Shown: piece after piece, positions 19,505 through 28,913 of the stretch
Numbering within the stretch: position 1 is the stretch's first letter
Layout of the letters: each line of letters opens with the position of its first letter
NCBI GenBank assembly: GCA_963666215.2
Contig: CAXWPL010000002.1
Location: 96,001 to 160,000 of the forward strand
Source of the DNA: Acidobacteriota bacterium
Lineage (GTDB): Bacteria; Acidobacteriota; UBA890; WLXD01
DNA: 64,000 nucleotides
Direction: 5' to 3'
Position numbers and translations under genes: made by a program
The notes under the pieces: generated by a model
Database searches by the model: none
The model's input: the letters and a program-made list of their open reading frames with translations, nothing else
Told to the model about the DNA's origin: nothing

Positions 19505-21637
19505 TCAACGGGTCGACCCGTCGAGGCGCAGCGACAGAGTTGCCACCAGGGTGGCTGGTGGTCCGAGCAGCAGCACCGATGTCCGGCCCACCTCAACCCG
19601 CTTGTCGAACAGGTTCTGCGCCTGTACACCCAGCCGCAGCTGGTCGCCCAGGGGCAGATCGAAGCCAAGGTCCACGGTCGCTGCGGCGCGCAGCGGCAAT
19701 TCGTTGCGATCGTCCTCGAACTGCTCGCCCGTTACATGCACCGCCGCCAGCACGTTCCAGCCAGCGGGCGCCACGTAGCTGCTCGAGATTGTGGTGCGGT
19801 AGGTCGGTACCTGTGGCAACCGGTTGCCGACCACGCTGACCGGCGTGCCGGGCGGGTCGATATCGATCTTCGAGTCGAAACGTGCGTAGGCGGCGTCGAA
19901 GCGCCAACGAGACCCGAAGGCGAGTTGTCCCGACAGCTCCAGCCCGCGTACCGTTGCCGCCCCGGCGTTCTGTCGCTGCCGCAAGATGAGGCCGTTACCC
20001 TCGCCGACGGTGGCGTTGAGGACCGCACCTTCGAGGTCATTGATGTAGGCGGTTCCCTGGACGCGCCAACGGGTGGAGCCGTCGATGCCGCCACCGTCGA
20101 CGCGCAGCCCGGCCTCGACCCCCGAGAGCTCTTCTGCGGTCAACTCCGGGTTCGCCGCAGTCGACACGTTGCCGACTCGGAAGCCCCGGTACAGCTCGTT
20201 GAGCGTCGGCGCTCGGAAGGCGCGGTAGGCCGAGGCGTGCAGGGCGAGATCCGGGCCGGCCTGCCAAACGAGACCCGCACGCGGCGACAGCGTGCTGGCG
20301 CTGCGGTTCGAATCGGCAGCCGAGAGCGGTCGGTTCTGCCAGCCGTCGGCACGCAGCGACAGGTCGAGGGCTACGGACGGCCCCAGATTGGTGTGCCCGC
20401 TGGCGTAGACACCGCCCAGATTCTGCACCCCACCGAGCGATCGCATGAGGTTGATCGCGAGCACGGTCTCGTCGCTCCGGCCTCGCACGTGGCGCCAGTC
20501 GCCGCCGGCCGCCAGGCTCGCGGTGCCAGCTACGAGCTTCCAGACGCTCGCCGAAAGTCCGATTTCGGTCGATGGCACATGCTGCGCCAGCACCGGGAAT
20601 TCGCCGGAGCGGCTGCTGTTGACCGCAGAGAAGCGACTGCGGAATCGCTGCACGCGAGCCGAGCTCGCCAGGCGCCAACCCTGTGTGCCGGGAGCGTTCT
20701 CACCGCTCCAACGGAGCGAGGCCCCGAGCCCCCTCGTGCCATTGGTCTGTTCGGGAGTGCCGTTCTCGCGGTCCTCGTGGTAGGCGTCGACATCGGCGGT
20801 CAGACCGCGGGCGATATCCACGCGCAAACGTCCGGCTTGGTACAGCGACGCCACTCGTCGGTCTACGGCGCCGCGCTCGCTTTCGCCCACCGCGTGGTAC
20901 CCGCCGGTGCCGAAGGTCTCGAGAGAGCCGAGGAATCCAGTGCCCGGTCGGCCGAACGCGTGTCCAAAGGTCAGCGCCGCCGAGTAGGTCGAGCTACTGC
21001 CCCCGCCGACCATCGCGCGCAGATCGCTGCTGGCCGCCGGCGCCCGCCGGGTAACCAGTTGCACCACGCCGCCAAGCGCCTGGCTGCCGAAGGGCGCCGA
21101 TCCGCCGCCAAGGACGATCTCGACCGCTTGCAGAGCCAGCCTCGGGACGCGATTCCAGTACACCCACCCACCGAACGGATCGGTGAGGGGGACGCCATCC
21201 ACCATCACCAGGGCTCGACTCGTGCCACTCGGGGAGAGGCCCCTCAGGTTCAGACCCTGGGTCGTGGGATGCGCGGCTCTCCCGGGGGTTCTGCGCAGCA
21301 GACTGGCTTGCGGCGTCCAGCGGAGCGCCTCGTCGAGTCCGAGCGCCGGCCGTCGCCGCAACTCGTCGCCGTCGATCACGATCGCCACCGCCGGAATCTC
21401 GCTGAGCCGCAGCGGCAGGCGGGTAGCCGTGACCGTGATCACGACCTCGCTGCGAGCTTGGGGCTCGTCTGCAGCTTTCTCCTGCGCCTGGCCAGCCGGA
21501 TGGGTCGGGCTCGTCGCGCCGGCCTTTGCTGTTGTTTCGAACTGTTGCCAGGCCGCAAGTGACGCCGGTTGAAGCAGCGGCACGGCCGCGGCGAGTGTGC
21601 CGATCAGGAGGCTTCGAGGGGTCACCGTTTGCAACAT
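19505..21637 (-). CDS. TonB-dependent outer-membrane receptor
   Basis: VITVTATR TonB box, LRGL...LVMVDGVPL plug, FRAPTLNELY, QNLFDK. Confidence 0.9.
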   Translation of the reverse strand: MLQTVTPRSLLIGTLAAAVPLLQPASLAAWQQFETTAKAGATSPTHPAGQAQEKAADEPQARSEVVITVTATRLPLRLSEIPAVAIVIDGDELRRRPALGLDEALRWTPQASLLRRTPGRAAHPTTQGLNLRGLSPSGTSRALVMVDGVPLTDPFGGWVYWNRVPRLALQAVEIVLGGGSAPFGSQALGGVVQLVTRRAPAASSDLRAMVGGGSSSTYSAALTFGHAFGRPGTGFLGSLETFGTGGYHAVGESERGAVDRRVASLYQAGRLRVDIARGLTADVDAYHEDRENGTPEQTNGTRGLGASLRWSGENAPGTQGWRLASSARVQRFRSRFSAVNSSRSGEFPVLAQHVPSTEIGLSASVWKLVAGTASLAAGGDWRHVRGRSDETVLAINLMRSLGGVQNLGGVYASGHTNLGPSVALDLSLRADGWQNRPLSAADSNRSASTLSPRAGLVWQAGPDLALHASAYRAFRAPTLNELYRGFRVGNVSTAANPELTAEELSGVEAGLRVDGGGIDGSTRWRVQGTAYINDLEGAVLNATVGEGNGLILRQRQNAGAATVRGLELSGQLAFGSRWRFDAAYARFDSKIDIDPPGTPVSVVGNRLPQVPTYRTTISSSYVAPAGWNVLAAVHVTGEQFEDDRNELPLRAAATVDLGFDLPLGDQLRLGVQAQNLFDKRVEVGRTSVLLLGPPATLVATLSLRLDGSTR

Positions 21638-21671
21638 CGACAGGAAGGCTCGGTAGGGGATTGCCGTGGAA

Positions 21672-22679
21672 TCAGGCGAGCAGCCTCGCCAATAACGGTA
21701 GGTCGACGTTGCCACCCGAGAGGACAACAACCACTCGCGCGCCGGCTTCAAGCTCGAGGCGGTGGCTGAGAAGCGCCGCCAGCGCCGCGGCGCCGGCGGG
21801 CTCGACGAGCATTTTCGTTCGTTCGAGCAGCAATTTCATCGCCGCCACGATCTCGTTGTCTTCTACCAGCACGACCTTCTCGACATGAGCCTGCGCGATC
21901 GCCAGGTTCAACTCCCCCACAAAGGGCGGAGCCAGGCCGTCGGCGATCGTGTCGGTCGTGTCGAGGCGCACCGGTTCACCCTTCTCGAGAGCCCTCGTCA
22001 TCGTGGGCGCGCCGCTCGGCTCCACGCCGTAGACGGTGGTGGAAGTGTCGGCGAAAGTTGTCGCGACGCCGCCAATCATGCCGCCACCACCAACCCCACA
22101 AACCACCGCGTTGATCTCCGGCAGATCGTTCGCGGTCTCGAGTGCCAGGGTTCCGTGGCCGGCGATCAGGTAGCGATCGTCGAAGGGGTGGATGAGCGTC
22201 AGCCCGCGCGTGCGGGCGAGCTCGGCGGCGGTGGCGAACGCCGCGCCGGTGTCGTCTTCGAGCACGACCTCGGCGCCGTAGTCGCGGGTAGCCGCGACCT
22301 TTGTCGTCGAGGCTGTCTTCGGCATCGTGATCACAGCGGGGATTCCGGCAACTCTCGCGGCGAAGGCGATACCCTGCGCGTTGTTGCCGGCGGAGATCGT
22401 GATGACACCGCGCGCCCTGGCTTCGTCGCTGAGTGTGGCCACACGGTTGATGCCGCCGCGGGGCTTGAACGAGCCGGTTTTTTGGAAGAGCTCGCACTTG
22501 AGGTGGAGATCGAGGCCAGTGAGCTTCGAGAGCGTTTCGGAACGCCACAGAGGAGTGCGGTGAAGCTTGCCCGCGATACGGCCGGCGGCATCGCGAACCT
22601 CACCCAGGGTCGGTAGAGCCGGCAGGGATGCGGGCGGCTCGCCAGGCGAAGTCTCGGACTGTGCGTCAGGCGTGCTCAT
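21672..22679 (-). CDS. PLP-dependent threonine/serine dehydratase (racemase-like)
   Basis: KCELFQKTGSFKPRG, SAGNNAQG, HPFDD, GGGGMIGG, LSGGNVD. Confidence 0.9.
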   Translation of the reverse strand: MSTPDAQSETSPGEPPASLPALPTLGEVRDAAGRIAGKLHRTPLWRSETLSKLTGLDLHLKCELFQKTGSFKPRGGINRVATLSDEARARGVITISAGNNAQGIAFAARVAGIPAVITMPKTASTTKVAATRDYGAEVVLEDDTGAAFATAAELARTRGLTLIHPFDDRYLIAGHGTLALETANDLPEINAVVCGVGGGGMIGGVATTFADTSTTVYGVEPSGAPTMTRALEKGEPVRLDTTDTIADGLAPPFVGELNLAIAQAHVEKVVLVEDNEIVAAMKLLLERTKMLVEPAGAAALAALLSHRLELEAGARVVVVLSGGNVDLPLLARLLA

Positions 22680-23001
22680 GGCGGAGAGACTAGCAGGCCG
22701 ATCGATTTCTTCGCCCCGATCTCAGGTCATGACTGTCGCAGTGGTGCGGCAGCGTTGGCCGGATCCCGTGACAGCGAGAACCGCCGTATACTCCGAGGCG
22801 CTCCCACGCGCCCGGCGTGCGTCGGAGCCGCCCGCCAGCGGTCGAGACCGAGAGTGTCCGACGGCTGCCGACGGGTACGGCGTGGATCGTTAACTTATTT
22901 CCTCGAGTCCGCCTGGTCGGTCTCGTTCGGTTGGATTCGTTGGGCCGAGTCCATGGTCAGAATCCATGGAGCCGAGCTCACCTGTACAAGCGGAGGCATC
23001 G

Positions 23002-23607
23002 ATGCTGAGCGATCTCCTGGCCACGCTCGGACGCGGCTTCTTCGATCAGCTGACATACTGGCGGCATACCTACTCGCCGCTCAGTCCATGGCGGGCCCGC
23101 TGCGCCGCAACGAGCGAACAGCTCACGGCCGAGGCTGCGAAGTATGGCGCGCGCTCACGGCTCGACCCGCGGCGCGTATACCAGCTGGCGCGAGGCCTGG
23201 TACTGAGCCGGCGTGGCGAGGCTCTTGTTAATCTGGTGCCCGACGCCTACCTGGTTTTTTCGCCACCGTCGGCCGCGACTTTCCACAACGGGAAGCGCAG
23301 CTACGCGGCTCCGGCCGATCGCCGCATTGCCTTTCTGCAGCACCCGCAGACGCTCGCCTACGCCCTCACGCCGCCGAAGCTGTCGCGTCTAGGCGTGGGA
23401 GCGTCGCCGACCGGTGGACTCGTGGTCGTTGGCGCGGGAGAGAGCGTTAATACCGAGACGGTCGTCGCGCGGCTGCAGAAGCTGGTGGACGGCAAGGCGT
23501 CCGACGCCGACCTGCGCGCCTACGCCGAGGTGCTCGTTCGTCTCGACGCAGGGATCCCGGTGGCCGAGCCGGCCGCCGGACCCGAACCGGAAGCCGCGGC
23601 AGCCTGA
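23002..23607 (+). CDS. Hypothetical protein
   Basis: GGAGG RBS before ATG 23002; ORF is followed by a terminator. Confidence 0.65.
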   Translation: MLSDLLATLGRGFFDQLTYWRHTYSPLSPWRARCAATSEQLTAEAAKYGARSRLDPRRVYQLARGLVLSRRGEALVNLVPDAYLVFSPPSAATFHNGKRSYAAPADRRIAFLQHPQTLAYALTPPKLSRLGVGASPTGGLVVVGAGESVNTETVVARLQKLVDGKASDADLRAYAEVLVRLDAGIPVAEPAAGPEPEAAAA

Positions 23608-23656
23608 GCCGCTGGCGCCGACCATTTGCGTTGGTTCGATTCACATCGATGGGTAC

Positions 23657-23702
23657 AAAGAAAAGCGGCCCCGTGCGCTGTGCACGCGGGGGCCGCTCTT
23701 TC
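23657..23702. terminator. Bidirectional intrinsic terminator
   Basis: AAAGAAA-AGCGGCCCC...GGGGCCGCT-CTTT between convergent genes. Confidence 0.75.
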
Positions 23703-23729
23703 CTACGCCTGAAACCGCGATCGACTCGA

Positions 23730-24530
23730 CTACATCGTCGGCTTCTGGAACTTCAGCACGTAGCGGTCGGCCTTGTGGCGGCCGGTCTCGAAGCCGTTCG
23801 TGGAGTGATCGTCGTCCGGATTCGCCAGCAGGTCGGAGCGCCCGACGAGCTCGAACCCACCGGCGGTGAACTCCTCGACCACGACCGACTCGTTAAGCCG
23901 GTGGGTATCGGTGTCCCAGCCCTCGCGGTCGGTGGCGACGTCGACGATGCCGACAATGCCGCCGGGCTTCAGCATGCGCAGCATCTGCGCCACCGCCGCC
24001 TCGCGCCCGCCGCCAAGATCTGCGGCGTCGTGGTAGTTGCGCACCGAGATCGCCACGTCAACGACACCATCGGGGACGTCCTCGAGGTTCATCGACAGCT
24101 CAACGTTGTTGAGCATCGCGCTCTCGATGCGCTCGGTGAGGGGCTCGAGGGTGGCGAATTGCCCCTCGCTGTAGAAGCCCATAACGCCGTACACCTTGCC
24201 GCTGTCGCCCGTCAGGCGCGATAGCAGGTGGGTGTTGTAGCCACCACCTGGCCAGATGTCCGCAACCGTCTGACCCGCCTGGATGCCGAAGAACTCATGC
24301 ACCTCGAGGGCCTTGCGGAATTCGTCCTCCGCGACCTCGTCCTCGGGGCGCGTTTCATCACCCAGAATCGAGTTGTCGAGTGGCATCGGTTCCGGCGCCG
24401 CCTCATCAACCGGCTCGGGCTCGGGCGTGGGTTCTTCGGTGGCGCCACAGGCCGCTACCGCGAGGCCCAGCGTGGCGAGCATGAGCAGCACCGCGAAGCG
24501 TGTGCTGCGAAGCTGTCGAATGGAGTTCAT
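23730..24530 (-). CDS. Lipoprotein with predicted SAM-dependent methyltransferase fold (COG4798-like), copy 1
   Basis: AGGAG RBS, lipobox VAAC, ADIWPGGGYNT, VRNYHD, LKPGG, DLLANPDDD. Confidence 0.8.
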   Translation of the reverse strand: MNSIRQLRSTRFAVLLMLATLGLAVAACGATEEPTPEPEPVDEAAPEPMPLDNSILGDETRPEDEVAEDEFRKALEVHEFFGIQAGQTVADIWPGGGYNTHLLSRLTGDSGKVYGVMGFYSEGQFATLEPLTERIESAMLNNVELSMNLEDVPDGVVDVAISVRNYHDAADLGGGREAAVAQMLRMLKPGGIVGIVDVATDREGWDTDTHRLNESVVVEEFTAGGFELVGRSDLLANPDDDHSTNGFETGRHKADRYVLKFQKPTM

Positions 24531-24672
24531 GATCACTGTGACTCCTACTTGCTTGCGGGGATAAGGGGCGGCGGTCCTCAGGGGCCGCCACCTCGACGTC
24601 CCAGCTGTTCCGGGTCGTTGAACAGCTAGATCGTTGCCGCCGAAGCGGCGCTCCGAGCGAACGCGAGTCCTG

Positions 24673-25476
24673 CTAGTGAGCCGCTGGCTTGCTGTACTTT
24701 TGCACGAAGCGTTGCACGTAATAGCGATGGATCGGCGCGTCCTCGGTGGAGTCGCCGCGGCCGGCTCGCTCACGACCATCGAAGTCGAACGTGTCGTCGG
24801 CGTTGTGCAGCACGTCGGAAGCCGCCACGAACTCGAAGCCACCGGCCGTGATCTCCGCCTTGGCCAGCTCGTCGTTGATGCGATGCACGCTCTCGTCGCG
24901 CTCGTCGGGCTTGTTGGTGTACGCGTCGATCACGCCGAGCGTGCTGCCGGGCTTGAGCACCCGCAACAGCGCCGGGACGGCGGCACGCCGCTCATCGGCC
25001 GTTCCGAGGTCGTGGTAGTTGCGGACGGTAAGCAGGACGTCAAGGCTGTCGTCGGGGATGTCCGCCAGCGAGTCAACGATCTCGAGGTTCTCGAATCCGG
25101 CCGCGCCGGCGGGGCCCTCGGCGAAGCGCTGCCGGCTCCTCTCCATGCGGTCGGGCTCACCAGCTTCGAACGTCAGAATCGCCAGGACGCGACCGCTATT
25201 ACCCACCACACCCGCCAGGATGTGGGCGTTGTAGCCACGCGAGGTCATCAGGTCGCCGACCGTGGCGCCTTCGCCAATGCCCAAGAAGCCGTAGACCTCG
25301 AGCGGCTTGAAGCCGGCGTCGCGGTAGTGGTCGTCCTCGGTGCGACCCTTGGCGTCGAGGATGCTCGCGTCGAGCATCGTTGACATCTGCGTCGGCTCGG
25401 CGGCCGGCGCAGGCTCCTCGACGACTGGAGCGGCTTCTTCAGCGGCGCAGCCAGCCAACAGGAGGGCCACCGCCAC
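24673..25476 (-). CDS. Lipoprotein with predicted SAM-dependent methyltransferase fold, copy 2
   Basis: Lipobox LAGC, GDLMTSRGYNA, VRNYHD, LKPGS, AGGFEFV. Start ambiguous. Confidence 0.75.
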   Translation of the reverse strand: MAVALLLAGCAAEEAAPVVEEPAPAAEPTQMSTMLDASILDAKGRTEDDHYRDAGFKPLEVYGFLGIGEGATVGDLMTSRGYNAHILAGVVGNSGRVLAILTFEAGEPDRMERSRQRFAEGPAGAAGFENLEIVDSLADIPDDSLDVLLTVRNYHDLGTADERRAAVPALLRVLKPGSTLGVIDAYTNKPDERDESVHRINDELAKAEITAGGFEFVAASDVLHNADDTFDFDGRERAGRGDSTEDAPIHRYYVQRFVQKYSKPAAH

Positions 25477-25554
25477 GACGGCGAACAGCCCCGATAGCGG
25501 TACTAGCTGGATCTCGGTGGCGGTACGGCGACGTTCGAAGCCCCTCGGAGGACC

Positions 25555-26802
25555 TCAGCGAGGGTCGACAAACAGGTCGGGCCACATGTCGTTGCCGGTG
25601 TAGTGGGTCACGCGGACGGCATTCTTCCAGGGGGTGCCAACGCGCCACACGAAGATCTCGTAGTCGGCGTGGTCGTGCTCGTGACCCTCGGCTGCGGCGG
25701 CCCAGACGAGCCAGTCAGCGTTGTTCCCGAGCCGTGGGAAGTACTCGTGGCTGTAGTCGCCGGGCAGGTCGACGAAGATCTCCGAACCGCCGGTGGCGAG
25801 CTCGGTTCTCATGATGCGGGTGCCGCCGCGTCCCTCCGCCTGCACCCACAGCACCGTGCCCGCATCCGGTCCCCAGCTGACCTGGCAGGAGCTCGGCGAG
25901 CCGAGCCCGAGATCGACGGCCGCGACAGTGCCTCGGGCGGGAGGAGGCGGCGCGCTATCGGCGCGCTGCCGACGGCGCGACTCTCGACGGCCATCAACGC
26001 CCGAATCCCGATCAAGAAATCCGACGACGGCGGGGCTCGCCGGGTCGGAGAGGCTGTAGACACGCGTACCGCCGCCGTCCAAAGAGACGCCGAACCGTCG
26101 GCCGTCTGGCGCTGGATGGACGTCTCCCTGACGCACCGCGGGGAAGCCCTCCGGCGGCTCGAATAGCTGGCTCTCGACGCCGCTGGCGACGTCGACCCGG
26201 AAAATCCGCAGGTTGCGCGAGAAGACGATCGATCGGCCATCGGGCGCCCACGCGGGCCGAAAGGCGCGCTCGGCGAGCCTGCGCGGCTGCGGCATCGTTT
26301 CGGCGCTGGCGGTCGCTCCAGCCGCGGCAAGCTCGACGATGTACAGGTCCCAGCCTCTGTGGTCGCGCCCCGAGACATACTCCTCGCGGCTGCGCTGAAA
26401 CAGGATGCGGCTGCCGTCGGGTGAGAAGCGCGGGAAGAAGTCGACGTGTGGGTGGTCGGTGAGGCGCCGACGCTCGAGGCCAGGGAGCTCGAGCATCCAG
26501 ATCTCGTGGTTGCCGCTGCGGTTCGACGACCACACGAGCCGCCCCGAGAGTCGTCGGCCGAGTCGCGCGAGCGCGCGCTCGGCGCTCGGCTCGAGCTGAC
26601 TTTCGTCGCCAACGGCGGGCGGCACCCAGCGCGCCAGAACGCGCTCGCTCAGATGTTCGAGGGACGACCAACTCTCGGTGTTGCGAACCCCGATGGCCGA
26701 GGCAAGACCGAGGAGCACCACGAAGCCCACCAGTACGAGCGGCAGTCGGGCGCGGCGCAACGGCGATCGTTCAGCGCTGTCTATGGCCGTGCCTTCGCTC
26801 AA
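25555..26802 (-). CDS. TolB-like beta-propeller (PD40 repeat) protein with N-terminal membrane anchor
   Basis: WSSNRSGNHEIW, PRFSPDGSRI, PAWAPDGRSI; GGAGG RBS before TTG. Confidence 0.8.
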   Translation of the reverse strand: MSEGTAIDSAERSPLRRARLPLVLVGFVVLLGLASAIGVRNTESWSSLEHLSERVLARWVPPAVGDESQLEPSAERALARLGRRLSGRLVWSSNRSGNHEIWMLELPGLERRRLTDHPHVDFFPRFSPDGSRILFQRSREEYVSGRDHRGWDLYIVELAAAGATASAETMPQPRRLAERAFRPAWAPDGRSIVFSRNLRIFRVDVASGVESQLFEPPEGFPAVRQGDVHPAPDGRRFGVSLDGGGTRVYSLSDPASPAVVGFLDRDSGVDGRRESRRRQRADSAPPPPARGTVAAVDLGLGSPSSCQVSWGPDAGTVLWVQAEGRGGTRIMRTELATGGSEIFVDLPGDYSHEYFPRLGNNADWLVWAAAAEGHEHDHADYEIFVWRVGTPWKNAVRVTHYTGNDMWPDLFVDPR

Positions 26803-26924
26803 CCCAGGTTCCTCCCGGCGCGGATTCTGATTCGGATTCGAATCGCGAGGCCTTGCCGACGCTCCTGAGACGCCGGCGATCGTGATCGCGCCGATCCCGC
26901 CGTCCGCGAGCGGCGGCTCTGCGA

Positions 26925-28010
26925 TCAGGACGCTCGTCGTCGGCCCGGAAGCATCAACAAGAGGAGAGCTACGATACCCAGGCTATAGTCCCATGCCTGC
27001 GATAGCACGTGCGTGGCGAAGCCAACGAGGACCATCGCTTGCGGTGGCAACGCGCCACCCTCCGCGCCGGCAAGCCCCTGCAGTCCACCGAGACTCTGCA
27101 GCCCCAGAGCCCAGGCTCCTTCCCAGGTCCCGAACCCGCCGAGTCCCTGTATCGGTAGCGCACCCGAGAGCTCACCTGCCGCCGCGCCCAGCGTGGCCAC
27201 GATCGGGTCGACGCCGCCCAGAGGCACGCCGTGGGGCACCAGAACGCTGGAAAGAAGAAGCCAATACGAGGCGTACTTGCCCACCCTGATGGCGAGAGAC
27301 AGCACCATGAGGGCGGGCAAGCGTGAGCCCGGGAGTTGGTCGCCGATCTGGCTCGCGACGCCGCGGGCGAGCGAGATCACCCCAAAGACCGTACCCGTGA
27401 CGCGCCCGGCCGACGATGCCTCGGTATCGCCTGCCGGGCGCGAACCCGCCCAGTGCTGGAGTCGCGAGGCTCCCCAGCGCAGCAGTGCAGGCGACGTCCA
27501 CAGCACCGCCCCCGCCGCAGCTGTGAGCGTTGCCGCGGCGACCACCAACGACGGCGCCGCGGGTGCGTCGCCGCTGCGCGCGGAAATCGCCGCCCAGGCG
27601 CAGATCGCCAGCAGAATGCCGAGGGCGGCCAGGTCGAGAAGAAAGGCGGCGTAGAAGGAGGCGACGGCACGATCGGCGGCTACACCGAGCCGGCGGTTGA
27701 GCAGAACCAGGTAGGAGAGCGAGCCGGCGCGGGCGGGCAGGAGGTCGACGAGCATGCCGCGCACCTGCGTCACCAGCGTCAGCGGCCAGAAAGGAACATC
27801 ATCCCCGAGAAGCAGCCGGTAGCGCAGCGCCCGCAGCAGCAGGACGAGCAACGCGATCGGAACGAACATCGCGATCCCACGCGGCGACGCGTCGGCGAAC
27901 GTCGACAGCAGCTCCTCGGCGCCGATGTCGCGCAGCAGCCACGCCAGAAGCCCAATCGCCAGCAGAGCCGACGCTCCGAACGTCAGCCATCGTGTGTGGA
28001 GCCCCTTCAT
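26925..28010 (-). CDS. UPF0104 / lysylphosphatidylglycerol synthase TM-domain membrane protein
   Basis: LRALRYRLLL, LLPARAG, PIQGLGGFGTWE; polytopic. Confidence 0.8.
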   Translation of the reverse strand: MKGLHTRWLTFGASALLAIGLLAWLLRDIGAEELLSTFADASPRGIAMFVPIALLVLLLRALRYRLLLGDDVPFWPLTLVTQVRGMLVDLLPARAGSLSYLVLLNRRLGVAADRAVASFYAAFLLDLAALGILLAICAWAAISARSGDAPAAPSLVVAAATLTAAAGAVLWTSPALLRWGASRLQHWAGSRPAGDTEASSAGRVTGTVFGVISLARGVASQIGDQLPGSRLPALMVLSLAIRVGKYASYWLLLSSVLVPHGVPLGGVDPIVATLGAAAGELSGALPIQGLGGFGTWEGAWALGLQSLGGLQGLAGAEGGALPPQAMVLVGFATHVLSQAWDYSLGIVALLLLMLPGRRRAS

Positions 28011-28071
28011 ACCGAGTGGTGCGGCCCCGCCGCGCTTGCCGGCCCGCGTGTCGCCCGCGGCGCCCGGAGGG

Positions 28072-28896
28072 TCAGCTTCCACCGTCCTCGGGCGCTGGCG
28101 TCGCTGCTGGCGCGCTACGACGATCGCGGATGGGCTTGGCTGGAATCCCGGCGACCACGGTGTAGGGCTCGGCGTCGCGAGTGACAACCGAGTTGGCACC
28201 GACGATGCAATCGTTGCCGAGGGTTACGCCGTCGAGCACCCGCGCACCAGCGCCGAGCCAGCAATTGCTGCCGATGTCGATCCCCGCGGATAGGCGTTGT
28301 TGCTGGCTCACCGCCACATCGGTGCGCTCGTGCGCGTGATCTCCACCGATGACGTAGACGTAGGCGGCGAGCAGTGTATTGGAGCCAATGCGCAGCTGGC
28401 TGCCCGAGAACACCGCGCAGTTGTAGCTGATGTTGACGCCGTCCTCGAGCCGCAGGTCGCCATCCTTGCAGGCGACGATGGTGTTGCGGCCGATAAAGAC
28501 GCCGCTGCCGATGCGGATCCCTTCGTTGCGCTCACCCTTGGCGTCGAGGACGCAGTTGTCGTCGACGGCGACGTTGTCGCCGAGATGGATCTTGTGCGGG
28601 TGTCGAAGCACGACGTTGCGGCCGAAGGTGGCGTTGCGACCGCAGCTTCCGAGCAGACGCTGGTAGAAGACGCGACGCAGCAGCAGCCCAAGAGCCCCGG
28701 GAACCCAGCTGGCAAGAAGCTGTGCCGCCTCGTAGCGGATCAGCGGCCAGAGTCCCCGTTGCCCGACGAACAGATCCTGGTAGCGCTGTGCTGCGCTGCG
28801 CGAATCGTCGAACAGCTCTCCCGGCACGCTGCTGGTGGCAACCTCGCGGTCGTGGTGGCTGGAGCCCGGATCTGGCGGCGTGGCGGAGGAGCTCAT
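28072..28896 (-). CDS. Hexapeptide-repeat acyltransferase
   Basis: LRHPHKIHLGDNV, IGSNCWLGAGARVLDGVTLG...VGANSVV, AGIPAK. Confidence 0.9.
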   Translation of the reverse strand: MSSSATPPDPGSSHHDREVATSSVPGELFDDSRSAAQRYQDLFVGQRGLWPLIRYEAAQLLASWVPGALGLLLRRVFYQRLLGSCGRNATFGRNVVLRHPHKIHLGDNVAVDDNCVLDAKGERNEGIRIGSGVFIGRNTIVACKDGDLRLEDGVNISYNCAVFSGSQLRIGSNTLLAAYVYVIGGDHAHERTDVAVSQQQRLSAGIDIGSNCWLGAGARVLDGVTLGNDCIVGANSVVTRDAEPYTVVAGIPAKPIRDRRSAPAATPAPEDGGS

Positions 28897-28913
28897 ATCG
28901 TCGGGCTTGCTCT

